DNA of 63,383 nt, counting the filler, from Reticulomyxa filosa (taxonomy: Eukaryota > Protista > Foraminifera), in the NCBI GenBank assembly GCA_000512085.1. It is 20 parts of 20 records of this genome, joined end to end, with 100 filler letters (N's around TTAATTAATTAA, not from the genome) between each part and the next. Parts side by side here need not be neighbours in the genome. Positions count along the whole stretch, not along the records: positions 49,834 to 54,259 come from ASPP01017047.1; positions 54,360 to 56,907 come from ASPP01027342.1; positions 57,008 to 60,643 come from ASPP01010247.1; positions 60,744 to 62,152 come from ASPP01035736.1; positions 62,253 to 63,383 come from ASPP01047823.1; 15 more parts are not named here. One strand, 5' to 3'. A program made the position numbers and the translations under genes. Positions 51,793 to 63,383 of this stretch are shown here, one piece after another. The notes under the pieces were generated by a model. It saw nothing but the letters and a program-made list of their open reading frames with translations. It ran no database searches and was not told the DNA's origin. How positions within the stretch are numbered: the stretch's first letter is position 1; the number at the start of each line of letters is the position of its first letter.

Positions 51793-53180
51793 ATGACAAC
51801 CTTTGCAGAGTCCAACTTTCTGGAAGCGTCAGACGAGTCCAACGGACAATATTCAGCAGATCAAGATGAAGATGATAATATTTCTTCAAATGAAGCAGCT
51901 GACAGCCCGAATTGTCAAACGATGATTTAAATAAAAGACGGTGTGTCAACTTTGCGCCAGTTACGTTTCTTGAGTAATCTTCCTTCTCTTTACAAAATAT
52001 TTTTTTGAAGCTTTGCTTCCGAAATCCCGTTATCTCGTTTTTATTTACGAAAAAAAAAAAAAGAGTTTAATAAGTGGTCAACCAGAGGTTGGTAAAATTC
52101 CAGAAGACAAAGTGGCAGAAAAAAAGGGCATCACAACAAGCAAAGTGATATCTCCTCCAAGCAAAGAAGAGACCAAGAATGAGAGCCAAATGGGAAAAGA
52201 CTGGGCCACAATGGATTGGAACAGATCTACTTAATGATTATATGACGAACTGCAAAAAAGAAGCCATATGAACAGTGGCAGTAAGATTTCGGACAATGAA
52301 ATGAGCTTTGAAAAGCTGCCCGACAAGTATCAAGCCCAGCAACAAGAAAAGCCAATTGCGCCAAGAAAATACAAGAATTGAAAGAAAAAAAAGCAATTAC
52401 AAAAAAAATGGAAAAAATTAATGGCAGATAAATATAAAACATGGAAAGAAAAAAGAAATTAAAGAGATGTTATTTTCATTAGCGATTACCTTTTGGGCTA
52501 CCGCCTTTCAATTAAGAAAAATTTTTACTGATTTTGGAAAGGTTGCAGATATTCGTTTGGAAGCTGCAAGTTTTGTTTTTTTTTTTTTTTTTGAGAAACA
52601 ACCTCTTTTTTAAAAAAAAAAAAAATTGCTTTGTTGGGCAAATTTTTTCGTTTCTGCTTTTTTTTTACTATCCAAATGTTGTAATTTTGTGTTTTAATGA
52701 AAAAACGTTGATATGGAATGTTATGTGTGGTATACGTATGTACGTACGTATGTATGTGTGAAAAAGAGAATATTGAGAGAAAGCCAGAAAAGATATACGT
52801 ATGCCGAATTTGAAGATAAAAAAAATAGCAAAGTTAGTGGAGAGAATTTTGAATGGCACAAAAGTCCTACAAACGTATTTGAATAACAGAACGGCAAAGT
52901 AGCACATGTGGAATATGAAATATTTGAAAGGATTCAAATGGCATCATTTGTTAGAACTAAAGATTGAATGCGTATTCTCGAACGCAAAAAATCTCAAGAG
53001 CTAAAAGATATATTTTGGCCTATGGTCCCTTCTAAAAGACACGAAAAGCTCAAAATAAAGACTTGCAAGTGTTCATGACAAGTGACGGAGAAGATTCCGG
53101 GCTGTTGCTGCAGATGACGTGATTACTCTGGGCGATAAACACAAAAGTGCTGATGACGAATTAGTGCCACCACGAAAAAA
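51793..53180 (+). pseudogene. ESF2: ESF2/ABT1 pre-rRNA processing factor, intron-containing, disrupted
   Basis: Acidic N-terminus; RRM-like RLPFG...QLRKIFTDFGKVADIRL; YAEFEDKK/IAKLVERILNGTKV...*HMWNMKYLKGFKWHHLLE (ESF2 WNxKYLxxFxW motif). Contains stops and frameshifts. Confidence 0.78.
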
Positions 53181-54359
53181 CTAAAATTGATGAATCAAAA
53201 CTAAAGGTTGTGTTTACTCGAAGAATCAATTCTATCGGAAAAACTCTTTGAAAATAATTGATTTTTTGTTCCTCCTTCCTCCACTTGAATAGCTTTGTAT
53301 TTTTTTTTATTGTTACTCCAATGCTATTTCCGGAAGTTGACAAAAGTGATATTGACATTATTGAAAAAAAGTTGTTTTTCATCAACACAAACATCTTTAA
53401 TGATCAGGGCGGGGCTAATGCAATTCCATTTTTTTAAAAAAGCAAACCAGCCAAATCCTTTTTTTTTTAATGCACACTATGTAAATTTTTAATTAGTTGT
53501 TATATTCATAACAGACGTTTATATCAAAATATTTTTCGTAAAAAAAAAAAAATGTTATTATAGTCCGTTTTGATTATCTCAACAACTTTCGCACATGTAA
53601 TATCTTCGGCAATCCGGGAATAAAAATTTTATCCTTGAAAACTTTGAAAATAATGATTGAAATAAATGATGCAACATAAAAAAATAAAAAATCTGGAACT
53701 AGACCCTTTTTAAGGAACTATTCAACTCATCATTATTTTTCAATTCAAAAATAGGTTTTTATTTATTTACTCGTTCAATTTATGATTATTTAGTTATTTT
53801 TCAAATTAAAGTGAGTGATTGCAACGCAGTTATACAGTGAATAATTTTTGTTATGTAATCAAAAATTGGTGTTTTCAATAATTTTTTGTTAACAACAAAT
53901 TAATTTGAAGTTCATACTTACAAATTTTTTCTTCATGCTTTATTGATTTAGTAATGTTATTCTTTTTATCAACTAATTCATATTCAAAGGATTTTTTTAA
54001 TAAAATTTTGTTAATTTTTCTAATAGTTTGCAAAAAAAGGCTGTTTAAACTGTGAAAAATGATATGAAATGATTATTTTATCCCGTAGCATTGTATATGT
54101 CATTACCCTTGTATCAATATTACAAATGAATAAGTTTTTTATAGAATGTTTGGAAATCTTATCGTTTTGAAGATTATCTCCTTATGTAATTACTAATATA
54201 TGATCAAAATATATAAGAAATCTGTATTCCCACAAAAGCGAATTTTGACTAGCTCCTTTNNNNNNNNNNNNNNNNNNNNNNNNNNNNNNNNNNNNNNNNN
54301 NNNTTAATTAATTAANNNNNNNNNNNNNNNNNNNNNNNNNNNNNNNNNNNNNNNNNNNN

Positions 54360-54786
54360 ACATGAAGATTATGTGAGAAGTGTAAAATATGGATCAAATG
54401 GATTAGGGAATGTCGGTTGTGCAAATACAATATTATCTGGATCAGATGATAAAAGTGTTCGTTTGTGGGATATTCGATCTGGTGAACAAGTTCAAAATTT
54501 CAATGGACATGTGCATTGTGTTATTGCTGTTGAATATTCACCGTTTACAGTGGATAATTTCGAACTTAGCGGTAGTTCAAATGTAATATGTTCTGCATCA
54601 GTTGATAGTACAATTCGTTTTTGGGATATTCGATCAAATAAGAAGGAATTACATATACTCAATGAACAAAAAAATGGAGTCCATTGTTTTAAATTTTTAC
54701 AATTAAAAAACAACGTAAAAAGCAAGAATAATAGTGTTCATTTGTTTTATGGTTCAGCTAATGGTCCAATTTATATCAGAGGATAA
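54360..54786 (+). CDS. WD40-repeat protein, 3' end
   Basis: HEDYVRSVKY...ILSGSDDKSVRLWDIRSG, FNGHVHCVIAVEYS, ICSASVDSTIRFWDIR. Confidence 0.88.
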
Positions 54787-54978
54787 TCTCATTTTTTCAT
54801 AATAAAAAAATTTGTTTGATTCCTTTGAATAAATTAAACAAAATAATTTTTCCACATTTAGCGTACCTATTAAAAGCGTTACAAAAAATTAGAGTATAGT
54901 TTTTTGCTTCAAAAATCCTTTTTTTTTTTTTGAGCAAAAAAACTCTTTGGAAATCTTAATTGATACTATTTTACAAAA

Positions 54979-56178
54979 ATGTCTTTTTATAAAGCGTATG
55001 TGAATTATGAAGGAAAGAGACATGCAATAATATTATCAAATTTGACAATGGAACATTTGAAAAAACAAATCTTTCGAGTGACTGAACGAACACATACCGA
55101 TGGTCTATTGATAACCGACGTTGACGAAAGAAATGGTCTTATTGAAACCGATGAAAGTGTGGTTTACTCATTTAAAAATGGTCCTGCCCTTTTTACTGTC
55201 CGATTTCAATCAAGTTTTGTTATTGTAATACAGAATGTCTTGCTATTACAATAATCAATTTTGTTTTCAGATACAAAATGCCGATATCAAATAGGAGAAA
55301 GTGACTCAAAGGTGAAAGAAGATGATCAATCAGCTATTAAAAAAGAAAATATCTCCAAGACATTGGACTTTAGGAAGCATTGGAGTAACAATTGGAGAAG
55401 ATCCAATGCAGAAGCAGCAAAAATAGTTGAACAAATGATGTATAATAAAGAGAAAGGATTAATTGTTGTTACATTAAATAAAAAGATGAATGGCAATCTT
55501 TATTCAATACTTGCTTTAGCCAACGACAATAACATTAAAAAAAAGAAATTCGAAGATTATTGTATGTATGTAATAAAAAGGGACGTAGTTGTATTGAAAG
55601 TAGCTGTTGATGGAAATATATATGTTGTTGATTGCAAACTTGAGTGTGACGGACTTGTAAACGTTACAACTCAGATATTTGTTACAAGCAAGGCGATTGT
55701 TGATGAACGATTAAAACAATTTATTCATTTTATTCCATGGAATACAAAAATGCATCATGATATTCCAGTGCAACTTCAAGAACTTGAAGATAATGCAAGA
55801 AAATGTAGAAAACAAGGATCTTTTGATGAATCTATTGTTTATTCGCAAAAATATTTACAAATTGCAAGTGATAATTTTGAGTTTTATCATTATACCGCCA
55901 TGGGCTATCATTTACTTGGAATAATCTATGATAACAAAAAAGAACATGAAAAAGAAATTGAATGCTATGAAAATGCCTTAACAGTAAGAAAAAAAATATT
56001 CGGAAATACAAATGTATGTAATGCTGATTTACATTGGAATTTGGGACTAACATTTAAAATAATTGGAAAAAGGGAAATATCAAGCAAACATTTTGAAGAA
56101 GCATGGAAAATATATAGTATAGTGCTGGGAGAATGGAATATAGAGACATTGCGAGCAAAACGAAAGATAAAACAATGA
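54979..56178 (+). CDS. TPR-repeat protein with N-terminal PB1-like segment, one intron
   Basis: Exon 1 MSFYKAYVNYEGKRHAIIL...; exon 2 ends with TPR/kinesin-light-chain-like helices AMGYHLLGIIYDNKKEHEKEIECYENALTVRKKIFG and ADLHWNLGLTF. Confidence 0.78.
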
Positions 56179-56431
56179 AAAAAGTAAAGTATTGATGATA
56201 TTTTCTTTTTGTTGTTGTTAATTGTAAATGCTATTTTCTTGTTGGCATTTCATTCTCTTTCCTTTGACAAAATTTGGATGATCTTTTAAAAAAATATAAA
56301 AGGATTTTGCTAAATCAACAATAGATTGAAGAATCTGATCTAACAAATGAATCACTACTTCAAAAGCAACAAAAAATCGTATTCATTTCTTGTATCTCAA
56401 AAAAATAAAGAGATTTTATTGTTAATTTATG

Positions 56432-56830
56432 TTATAATCTCCAAATTTTACCATTAATAGAACCTGATGCAATTTTATTATCATTTCGAGAAATATCAGA
56501 TACAATAAATTTACCGTCTGGAGAAAATTTTGCGTGCATTATATAATCAAAATGCCCTTTAGATTGTTTCAATGTTTTATCTGATTCTACACTCCAAAGT
56601 TTAATCGTATCATCATTTGATGATGAAGTAATCATTTTACCATTCGGTGAAAATTGTGCACTCAATACAGCTTTTGAATGTCTCCCAGTCTAATAGTCAA
56701 ATTCATATATATTTACAATAATTTTATAATTTTTAGTCCATCCAAATTTAAAATTGCCCAAATTCAGAAAAACTAGATGATTCAAGCGTTGTAGAAAGTT
56801 TTGTCACCAGCACTTGTCGAACGCAGCAAA
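56432..56830 (-). pseudogene. WD40-repeat gene remnant
   Basis: HSKAVLSAQFSPNGKMITSSSNDDTIKLWS...KGHFDYIMHAKFSPDGKFIVS, with internal deletions and a broken 5' part. Confidence 0.72.
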
Positions 56831-57007
56831 TAAAAAAATAACGAATAAATAAAAGGAAAAATAAAAAGAACGTTGATTCAGGTACCATTTTCTTTTAAAT
56901 CTAATTCNNNNNNNNNNNNNNNNNNNNNNNNNNNNNNNNNNNNNNNNNNNNTTAATTAATTAANNNNNNNNNNNNNNNNNNNNNNNNNNNNNNNNNNNNN
57001 NNNNNNN

Positions 57008-57045
<38 letters not shown>

Positions 57046-57048
57046 AAC

Positions 57049-58214
57049 TTGAGTTCCCGCAAAAAAGCATCCCCCTCTTAATCGAAGGACGAGACAGATA
57101 ATATGGCCTGTTTGAAGTTTGTAATCGGCAATCGTGTGATTGTCCTTCATTTCAATACCAAAAACCATAAGTCTCTGTTGTTCTACAGGGATGCCTTCCT
57201 TATCGGTGACTTTCATTTTGACCTCCATAATGGTAGTGGCCGGGAGCACAAAGACAGAAAAGACTTTGTTGGTCAATGTCTTGACGATAAGCTCGATCAT
57301 TTTGCTTTGGTCCGGAAGCACAGGCACTTGAATTATTGCAACGACATTTTGCTGCTTTTCTTTGTTTGTCATTTCACCCTCTGTCTTTTTTTCGTCGCTG
57401 CTGTCCGCTTTGCGATGTTCGGCTAGTCGTTGTCCCAAAAAATCGGCCTTTGCTCCGTGCTTGTTGAAAAACAACCTTTGATTGCGATGCAAGATCAACT
57501 GTGCTGATGTACCCTTGCTTGTGCTCACAATGGTCAATACCGACGGTGATGTCGGACATGCCTGATAATTGAAAATGGATACGTTGAAAGGAAGCTCCTG
57601 GCTATCGCCGGTGGATATGGGCAACATACAACACTGTGCTGACATAATCACGTGTGTGTCTTCTTTTTCATTCAGCAAGTTCATTTCCACTCGTTTGCTC
57701 GATTGGTCGTCCTTCATTGTATACGTCATGTAATCTTGGAAATTCTTCAAATAGTCACTTAGAGTTATTGTCTTAAATGTCTCCTTTTTGCTACTGCCTG
57801 GCTCTAGTAATTGCTCATTTCCTACCACCAAAGGGATCTTTTCCATTCTCACGTCCCAAGTCTTGTCACTGAAATTCGAGTATCGGATCACTGGCATCCT
57901 TGTCTTGTCCACTTGCAATGTCATGTCCGATATGTTTGGTCCCCAACACGATTTCTTGTTTCTTGCCGTGTCTTCCCATGACACGTTCACAATATCTAGA
58001 CCAGCCTTGATCGCACATTGTTTGGCTGTTGATGAACCTGTTCAATTTGGGCCACATGTGCGTATGTTGTTGTTGTTTTTTTTTTTTGAGCGTTCGTGCG
58101 TGCAAGTTCCTCGCTGTTCCTGAACCCTGCTTTTGCTATTTACTCACTTGAGGCCATTTTTTTTACAAGATCAACAACATCTTGTTGGGATTTATCTTTA
58201 GGATTCTCAGCCAT
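57049..58214 (-). CDS. Unassigned-domain / ubiquitin-like / putative Hint (intein-like) fusion protein, 3'-partial
   Basis: Exon 1 MAENPKDKSQQDVVDLVKKMAS, GT-AG intron, then a long exon: VNVSWEDTARNKKSCWGPNISDMTL...VAIIQVP, a 76-aa Ubl (57070-57297) ending LRLRGG, then CFFAGTQ before a GT + poly-T intron start and the contig end. Confidence 0.85.
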
Positions 58215-58565
58215 TTCAATCCTTGGAATAAATATTCAAAAAAGAGTGCAACTAACAAAACAAAGGATTCCTTGTACAAAGAACCTGTTCCAAGTTCACT
58301 GAGTCGGGTTTGAACTACTTTTTTTAGACCGCAGGGTCGTTTTAAAAAGATCTTTTGCAAGTGCTACTGATATGGAACTTCAATTCAAAAAAAATTGGCA
58401 TCCTGAACCAATTGAATATTTGAAAAATTCATAGAATGACAGAGGACAAACCCCATTTCACAGAAAGCTGGGCAATCAACAATTATTTGCTTTATAAAAT
58501 TGAAAAAAAGGCCATGTCTTTCAAAAGTATCAATTGTCTTGAAGCTTTTCAAATTAAAAATTCTA

Positions 58566-59154
58566 TTAATCACTTTCTTTCAAAGTGGCAAGGATTTCGT
58601 GTTCTCGTAATAATATATATTCCTATTCAGACCAGCCATGCAAGTAAACAGCTTTGTTTTTTTTTTGGCCTATTCTCTTTTATACACGCTCACAATTTTA
58701 TTGTAAAAAATGACTCCCAAAACAATATAGACTTGATGAACTGTTACCTCATCATTCTGTTTAAATTCAATTCCACCAAATTGTGGCAGAACCACCTTGT
58801 CGCCTACTTTCAATGCCATTTGAATATTTTTTCCTTGGTCATTTCTTCCGCCAGGTCCAACTGCTACAATTGTTCCCTTTTTTCAAAAAAATTGTGGTCG
58901 AGTGTAAGAAATTTCCAGAAATTCGATATTTTGTTAAAAAAAAAAAAAGCAGAGCAACTTGAGACAGATCTTGGGACTTTGCAGAATCAGGCAAATACAA
59001 TCCTCCGGATGTTTTTTTTGGTGCAGGGATTTTTTGCACCAGAACACGATCAAACAATGGTTTTATTCGTTTAGCCAGTAGTTGTGCCTATTGAATCATC
59101 ATTACGATCTTCATTCCAGAGGACATCACAGAAAATGAAAAAACACTTCACCAT
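58566..59154 (-). CDS. HSPE1: 10 kDa chaperonin (Cpn10/HSP10), four exons, intact
   Basis: M|AQLLAKRIKPLFDRVLVQKIPAPKKTSGGLYLPDSAKSQDLSQ|GTIVAVGPGGRNDQGKNIQMALKVGDKVVLPQFGGIEFKQNDE|EYILLREHEILATLKESD*. Confidence 0.93.
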
Positions 59155-60031
59155 TTTTTGGATAGGTATAGAATAATAGGCTGGAAGGATGCAAAAATGG
59201 AAGAATTAAAGAATTTTTAGACGTTCAGCAATTACTCCCTTTCTGTTAGTACCAGTTCGTGAAACAACCAAAGATATTTTGCACACAATACTTCATGTCT
59301 ATGTTTAAATAAAAAATGAATCCTATATACAATACAAAAACTAGCTCTTTGGCAATATTAGTAACAATAAAAATTGTCTTGTAATACAATGATATTATTG
59401 CTTACTTATATGACAACATGTGTACCATAATCCATACTTGGATGATTCAAATTTTGAAGATAAAAACATTAAGGTGACATACTATTTTTTAGATACATTC
59501 TTATATTTGATCACGTTGTCTTGAACGTAATATAGTGCGCAGAAAAAAAAACATATATCAATGCCAGCACTATGTACAAACATAATAATCAAATTAGACT
59601 AAAAAAACTAATACAATCTGAATTTCAATAAAAATCAAATACAAATAAGTTCGAAGTGTAAACTGAATCAATCAGGATATGATTCCACAATATGTGCTAG
59701 TAAATGATTTCTACTGATTTTATTCATACTGTTGATAAACAATTTTTTAATTTTCTAAGGCAAAGAAATTTAGAAAGTTGAGAAAACAAATTGCAATTAA
59801 TTAATCTACTAAAAACCGATCAAGTATCATTTGTAAAATTCCAACTCATTAGAGGTTAATTACCTTAACATCTCTTCAGCGTTGTTTGATGTTTGTCTTG
59901 ATCCAATTTGTGGTTTATTGAATTTACCTGTGAAACTTCTTTTGTCCTTTAAAAAAAGCGTACACTCGAAGCCACTTTAAAAAAGTTCTTGGTGTTGAAA
60001 AAAATCCCTAAGTTCTCCAAGGAAAAAAGAT

Positions 60032-60643
60032 ATGACAGCAGAGCGCATAGTTAATAAATATTGGGGCACATTGATTCGCATTATATCAGCTCCTAGACAT
60101 TCATTTCGACTTTTTCTGATGTTATTCATAGTAGGAGCGTTAAGTTTGTCGTTTCTTTCGCTGGTAAACGAGGGCGGTTGGTTTTTTTCATCAGCAAGTG
60201 ATGCCGAAAGACAAAGAGGTGATTTGGAAGTGCAGGACAAGCCCGACGTCTTAGACCTTCAAAGAGAGCTAGAATACGTGCAATGGAAGTACTTGACATC
60301 CAGAGTCGCTCGAAAAGCTAAGAGTTATAACAAGCTCGCAAAGAAAGAGGAATTGGAAACACATTTGACAGAGACAGCCTTTTTTAATGCAAGTCGAATG
60401 CAAAGTTATGAAGACAAAATTGCACAAAGAAGGAAAAATAGTTATCGAAGCCAAAAAGTCAGAGACCGTCCATTGTTGACAATCACTCCGTCTAATGCAG
60501 ACAATGAGTACAAAGATTGGAAGACAGTGCATCAAATGTGGGAGCAGTTATTTGTCGAGTATATTGTTTCCAGAGCCAATGACGCCACTGTCAACAACGA
60601 TATTAATGGACCACAACACAATAAAAAGAGGAGGAGGAGGAGG
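60032..60643 (+). CDS. Hypothetical type II membrane protein, 3'-partial
   Basis: Open frame of ~200 codons with one TM helix (LFLMLFIVGALSLSFLSLV) followed by a charged stem. Confidence 0.6.
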
Positions 60644-61379
60644 NNNNNNNNNNNNNNNNNNNNNNNNNNNNNNNNNNNNNNNNNNNNTTAATTAATTAAN
60701 NNNNNNNNNNNNNNNNNNNNNNNNNNNNNNNNNNNNNNNNNNNAATGAAAAACGACACTGCAACGATATACAAAATTGTGCAATGTTGTCCGTCCAACCC
60801 TTTCGATGACGAAATACGATACAACAAGAACACATGTATTCTATATTTTGTGTTTTTCTTTTTGGCCTTATTATGTCATTTGTTGTTGTCACTATGATAA
60901 AAATGGTTGTATTTTTAATTGCTATTGTTGTTTTTCAATATTATCACATTTTTGAAATCTATCTTTTATTTGCGTCATATTTGAACCAGTTAATTGAAAT
61001 GAGCAACCCAAATAAGGTTGAATCAATCCTTTCTTGCATTCTTTTCTATTTCTTCTCGTCTCCAAGTGTGTCCTTCTTGGAGAGTTCGTTTATGCATTCA
61101 TTTTTCCGTCTCACCAAACTTTTGTGACGAACAATGCCACTTGAGAAAAAAAAGATAGCCTTTTTTTAAAAAAATAACAAAAAAGTGAAAAGACGGCGAA
61201 ATATGAGATATTTTTCAATGATTGAAAAATATTGAAAAAAAAAGAATGAGCAATAAGTTAACATATTTCAAACAACGTACACAAAAATGTAAAAAGATAG
61301 ACGCATACAAAAAATCACTAATCACCCAGAATATGTACATATATATAAGACCACAACTAATTCCAAATTTTTTTAAAAA

Positions 61380-62066
61380 AAAGTGTCGGCAAGGAGCAAA
61401 CGGCTATAAGAGACAGTAACATGCTGTGACGTGATCAAAGTATAACAAGAACTAGTAAGACAGTTTCATGCAGTTGATTCTTGTGGAATGAAGTTACAAG
61501 CGAGCGGGGTTTGATATGTATCACCTCAAATGCGATAAGTGTATATGAACTTATTCTGAGTGACCTCGAAAATGCACTACGTCTGTGCCTTGACAAAGGT
61601 CATGAAGGTCATTTGTCCAGGCTTCCCACGGTGGTAAATGATCCGTATACGTAGATAACGACCATATCACTTTTGAGTTACGTATACTTGCGGATCGAGG
61701 GAAGTACTGATGCCATCTGAAAATGCATGCCTGGAATAAGCCCTTGCAAAAACTTAAACAACTTGTTTGTTAATGTCGCAAGGATAAGTTAATGCGTTGT
61801 TGTGAAACACTACACGATATGCGAGTGTGGTCACATTCATTAATACTTTCAGTTCGTTCTCCACTAACAACTCCTTGCTGTATGCGTCCATATTGTCCGT
61901 TTGTCGGCATTGTTACACACATCCAGTCTTCTGTCGAACAATTTTGCACTTGGCTGCATCCAATGCAAGGGTCGGTCAACATGACGCTAGTCGTTACCAG
62001 TGCCATCCACACAGCCAAAGTGCTACACCATAACACCCACCACAGCGACACACTTTTTTTCATCAT
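61380..62066 (-). pseudogene. Decayed gene for a secreted Cys-containing protein
   Basis: Signal-peptide-like MMKKSVSLWWVLWCSTLAVWMALV and a Cys-rich segment. Downstream coding-like sequence has stops in the frames examined. Confidence 0.35.
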
Positions 62067-63383
62067 TTTCTTTTTGTTGGAGATTCAATAGCTGTCAGCA
62101 CTTTAAAAGATCATTGATTACAATATCAAAAAAAACTTTTTATTCTCAGAACNNNNNNNNNNNNNNNNNNNNNNNNNNNNNNNNNNNNNNNNNNNNTTAA
62201 TTAATTAANNNNNNNNNNNNNNNNNNNNNNNNNNNNNNNNNNNNNNNNNNNNATTCACAGCGACGACGCTTCGGGAGAAGGTATAATACGATCGACTGCT
62301 GACAATGACGTTGTCCACTTATCTACCCAGCAGTGCCCAGAACTCCCCAACACATTGAAGTGATTCATTACTTTGTTTCGCCAAATGGTAGAGCGGCTTT
62401 TGAATCATTGATCCAATTATCGAGTGGCACGACGTTATTGCTCTTCGTAATAAATGGTGTATCAAATATTATGTCTTCCGCGCACACCGAGCCAAAGTCC
62501 ATTGAATACAGAAACGCATGCAATATCGGAGCACACAACACCAATTCAATATCTTGCAACAATTGACAATAAAAAACATGGGCTGCGTTTCGTTGTTGTC
62601 ATTATCATATCATCATTGCCACTTCGCTTGATATTGTTACGATCATCCAGAAGCTTCGATTGGCGCATTATGAAGTTAGAGCGCGCAAAGTCGCCATTTG
62701 CGTGTTTGAAGAATCATTCCAACCAGCAAAGCCGACAACGTTTTTTAAAAAAAAAATCCAACGCGGTATAACCCCCCCCCCCTCCCCCCCGTAGTTTGGC
62801 GCTCTCTTTCTTCTGCGTATCATCTACCTCTTCCCTTCTTATTTGCGGATGATCTTGGTTTGATCTTCGCATAACTCCTCCACCAAATTGAACCTTCACA
62901 TATGAAATGATTCTTTCGATATTGTAGTTTACTTGACCGCCACACACACGCGACAACGTTCAAATCCTTTTCTTTATCTTTTTCTATTTCTTCAGTAAAT
63001 TCAGTCGCTGCAACGCCGTAATGTTCATATTGTTATTACTTTATGCGATATCATCACATTTTACTTTCTTTTATTTTGGAAACTGGATCTTGGTGCCGCC
63101 CGACTGCAAAATCAAGATTGTCCCGGATTTATTTGAAAGAATCATGTCCAACTGTTATAATGCAATATCTCGATTGGATTCTTTCAAATACAAAGTCAAT
63201 CCACTCTGGTCGGATGTTGTCTTGCTGTTTTGATTTTGATCTCACTATTTTATTAGCTCTTTCTTTCGGCGCTGTTAGAATTGGATGACGCAACACTACT
63301 ATTGGTTCCAATGTTTCCACTGTTTGAGCCCATTGAAGAGGTCTGAGTCTTGCCTGTGCCTGTTGTCATGGTCGTTGTTGTTG

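Noticed and set aside
57049-59154. Functional linkage between the Ubl-Hint gene and neighbouring Cpn10
   Set aside because: Same contig and strand, but eukaryotic adjacency alone implies nothing and no shared regulatory signal is visible.

Overview
This is not one contiguous locus. It is about 20 short, unrelated contigs joined by ~100-nt artificial spacers (N-run + TTAATTAATTAA + N-run), so gene order across spacers means nothing. Nineteen contigs are AT-rich, intron-rich eukaryotic DNA. A polyubiquitin remnant with an extra Ala at the monomer junction, plus Kelch-, WD40-, TPR- and CAP-Gly-type gene copies (several decayed), point to a rhizarian, most likely a foraminiferan of the Reticulomyxa type (inference). 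Recognisable genes: a TMC channel, myotubularin-FYVE, a USP36/42-like deubiquitinase, COX5B, NOP16, RRP40, THOC7, Cpn10, ankyrin proteins, a G-alpha-fold protein with degenerate GTPase motifs, and a DxD glycosyltransferase-like protein. Pseudogenes include Rab2-like, ESF2, a DBP9-like helicase and polyubiquitin. Tc1 and non-LTR retroelement remnants are also present. One contig (35469-37284) is GC-rich bacterial DNA encoding urease gamma and an unusual beta-alpha fused urease chain. Best candidate for a new system: a gene at 57049-58214 (-) encoding an unassigned enzyme-like domain, then a complete 76-aa ubiquitin-like domain, whose LRLRGG is followed directly by CFFAGTQ, the N-terminal signature of a Hint/intein-like domain. 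This suggests self-activating, E1/E2-independent conjugation, but the contig ends before the Hint domain can be confirmed. Many introns also have non-textbook ends (GTT-type donors, poly-A/poly-G before AAG acceptors). All translations and alignments were done by eye; no database was searched.
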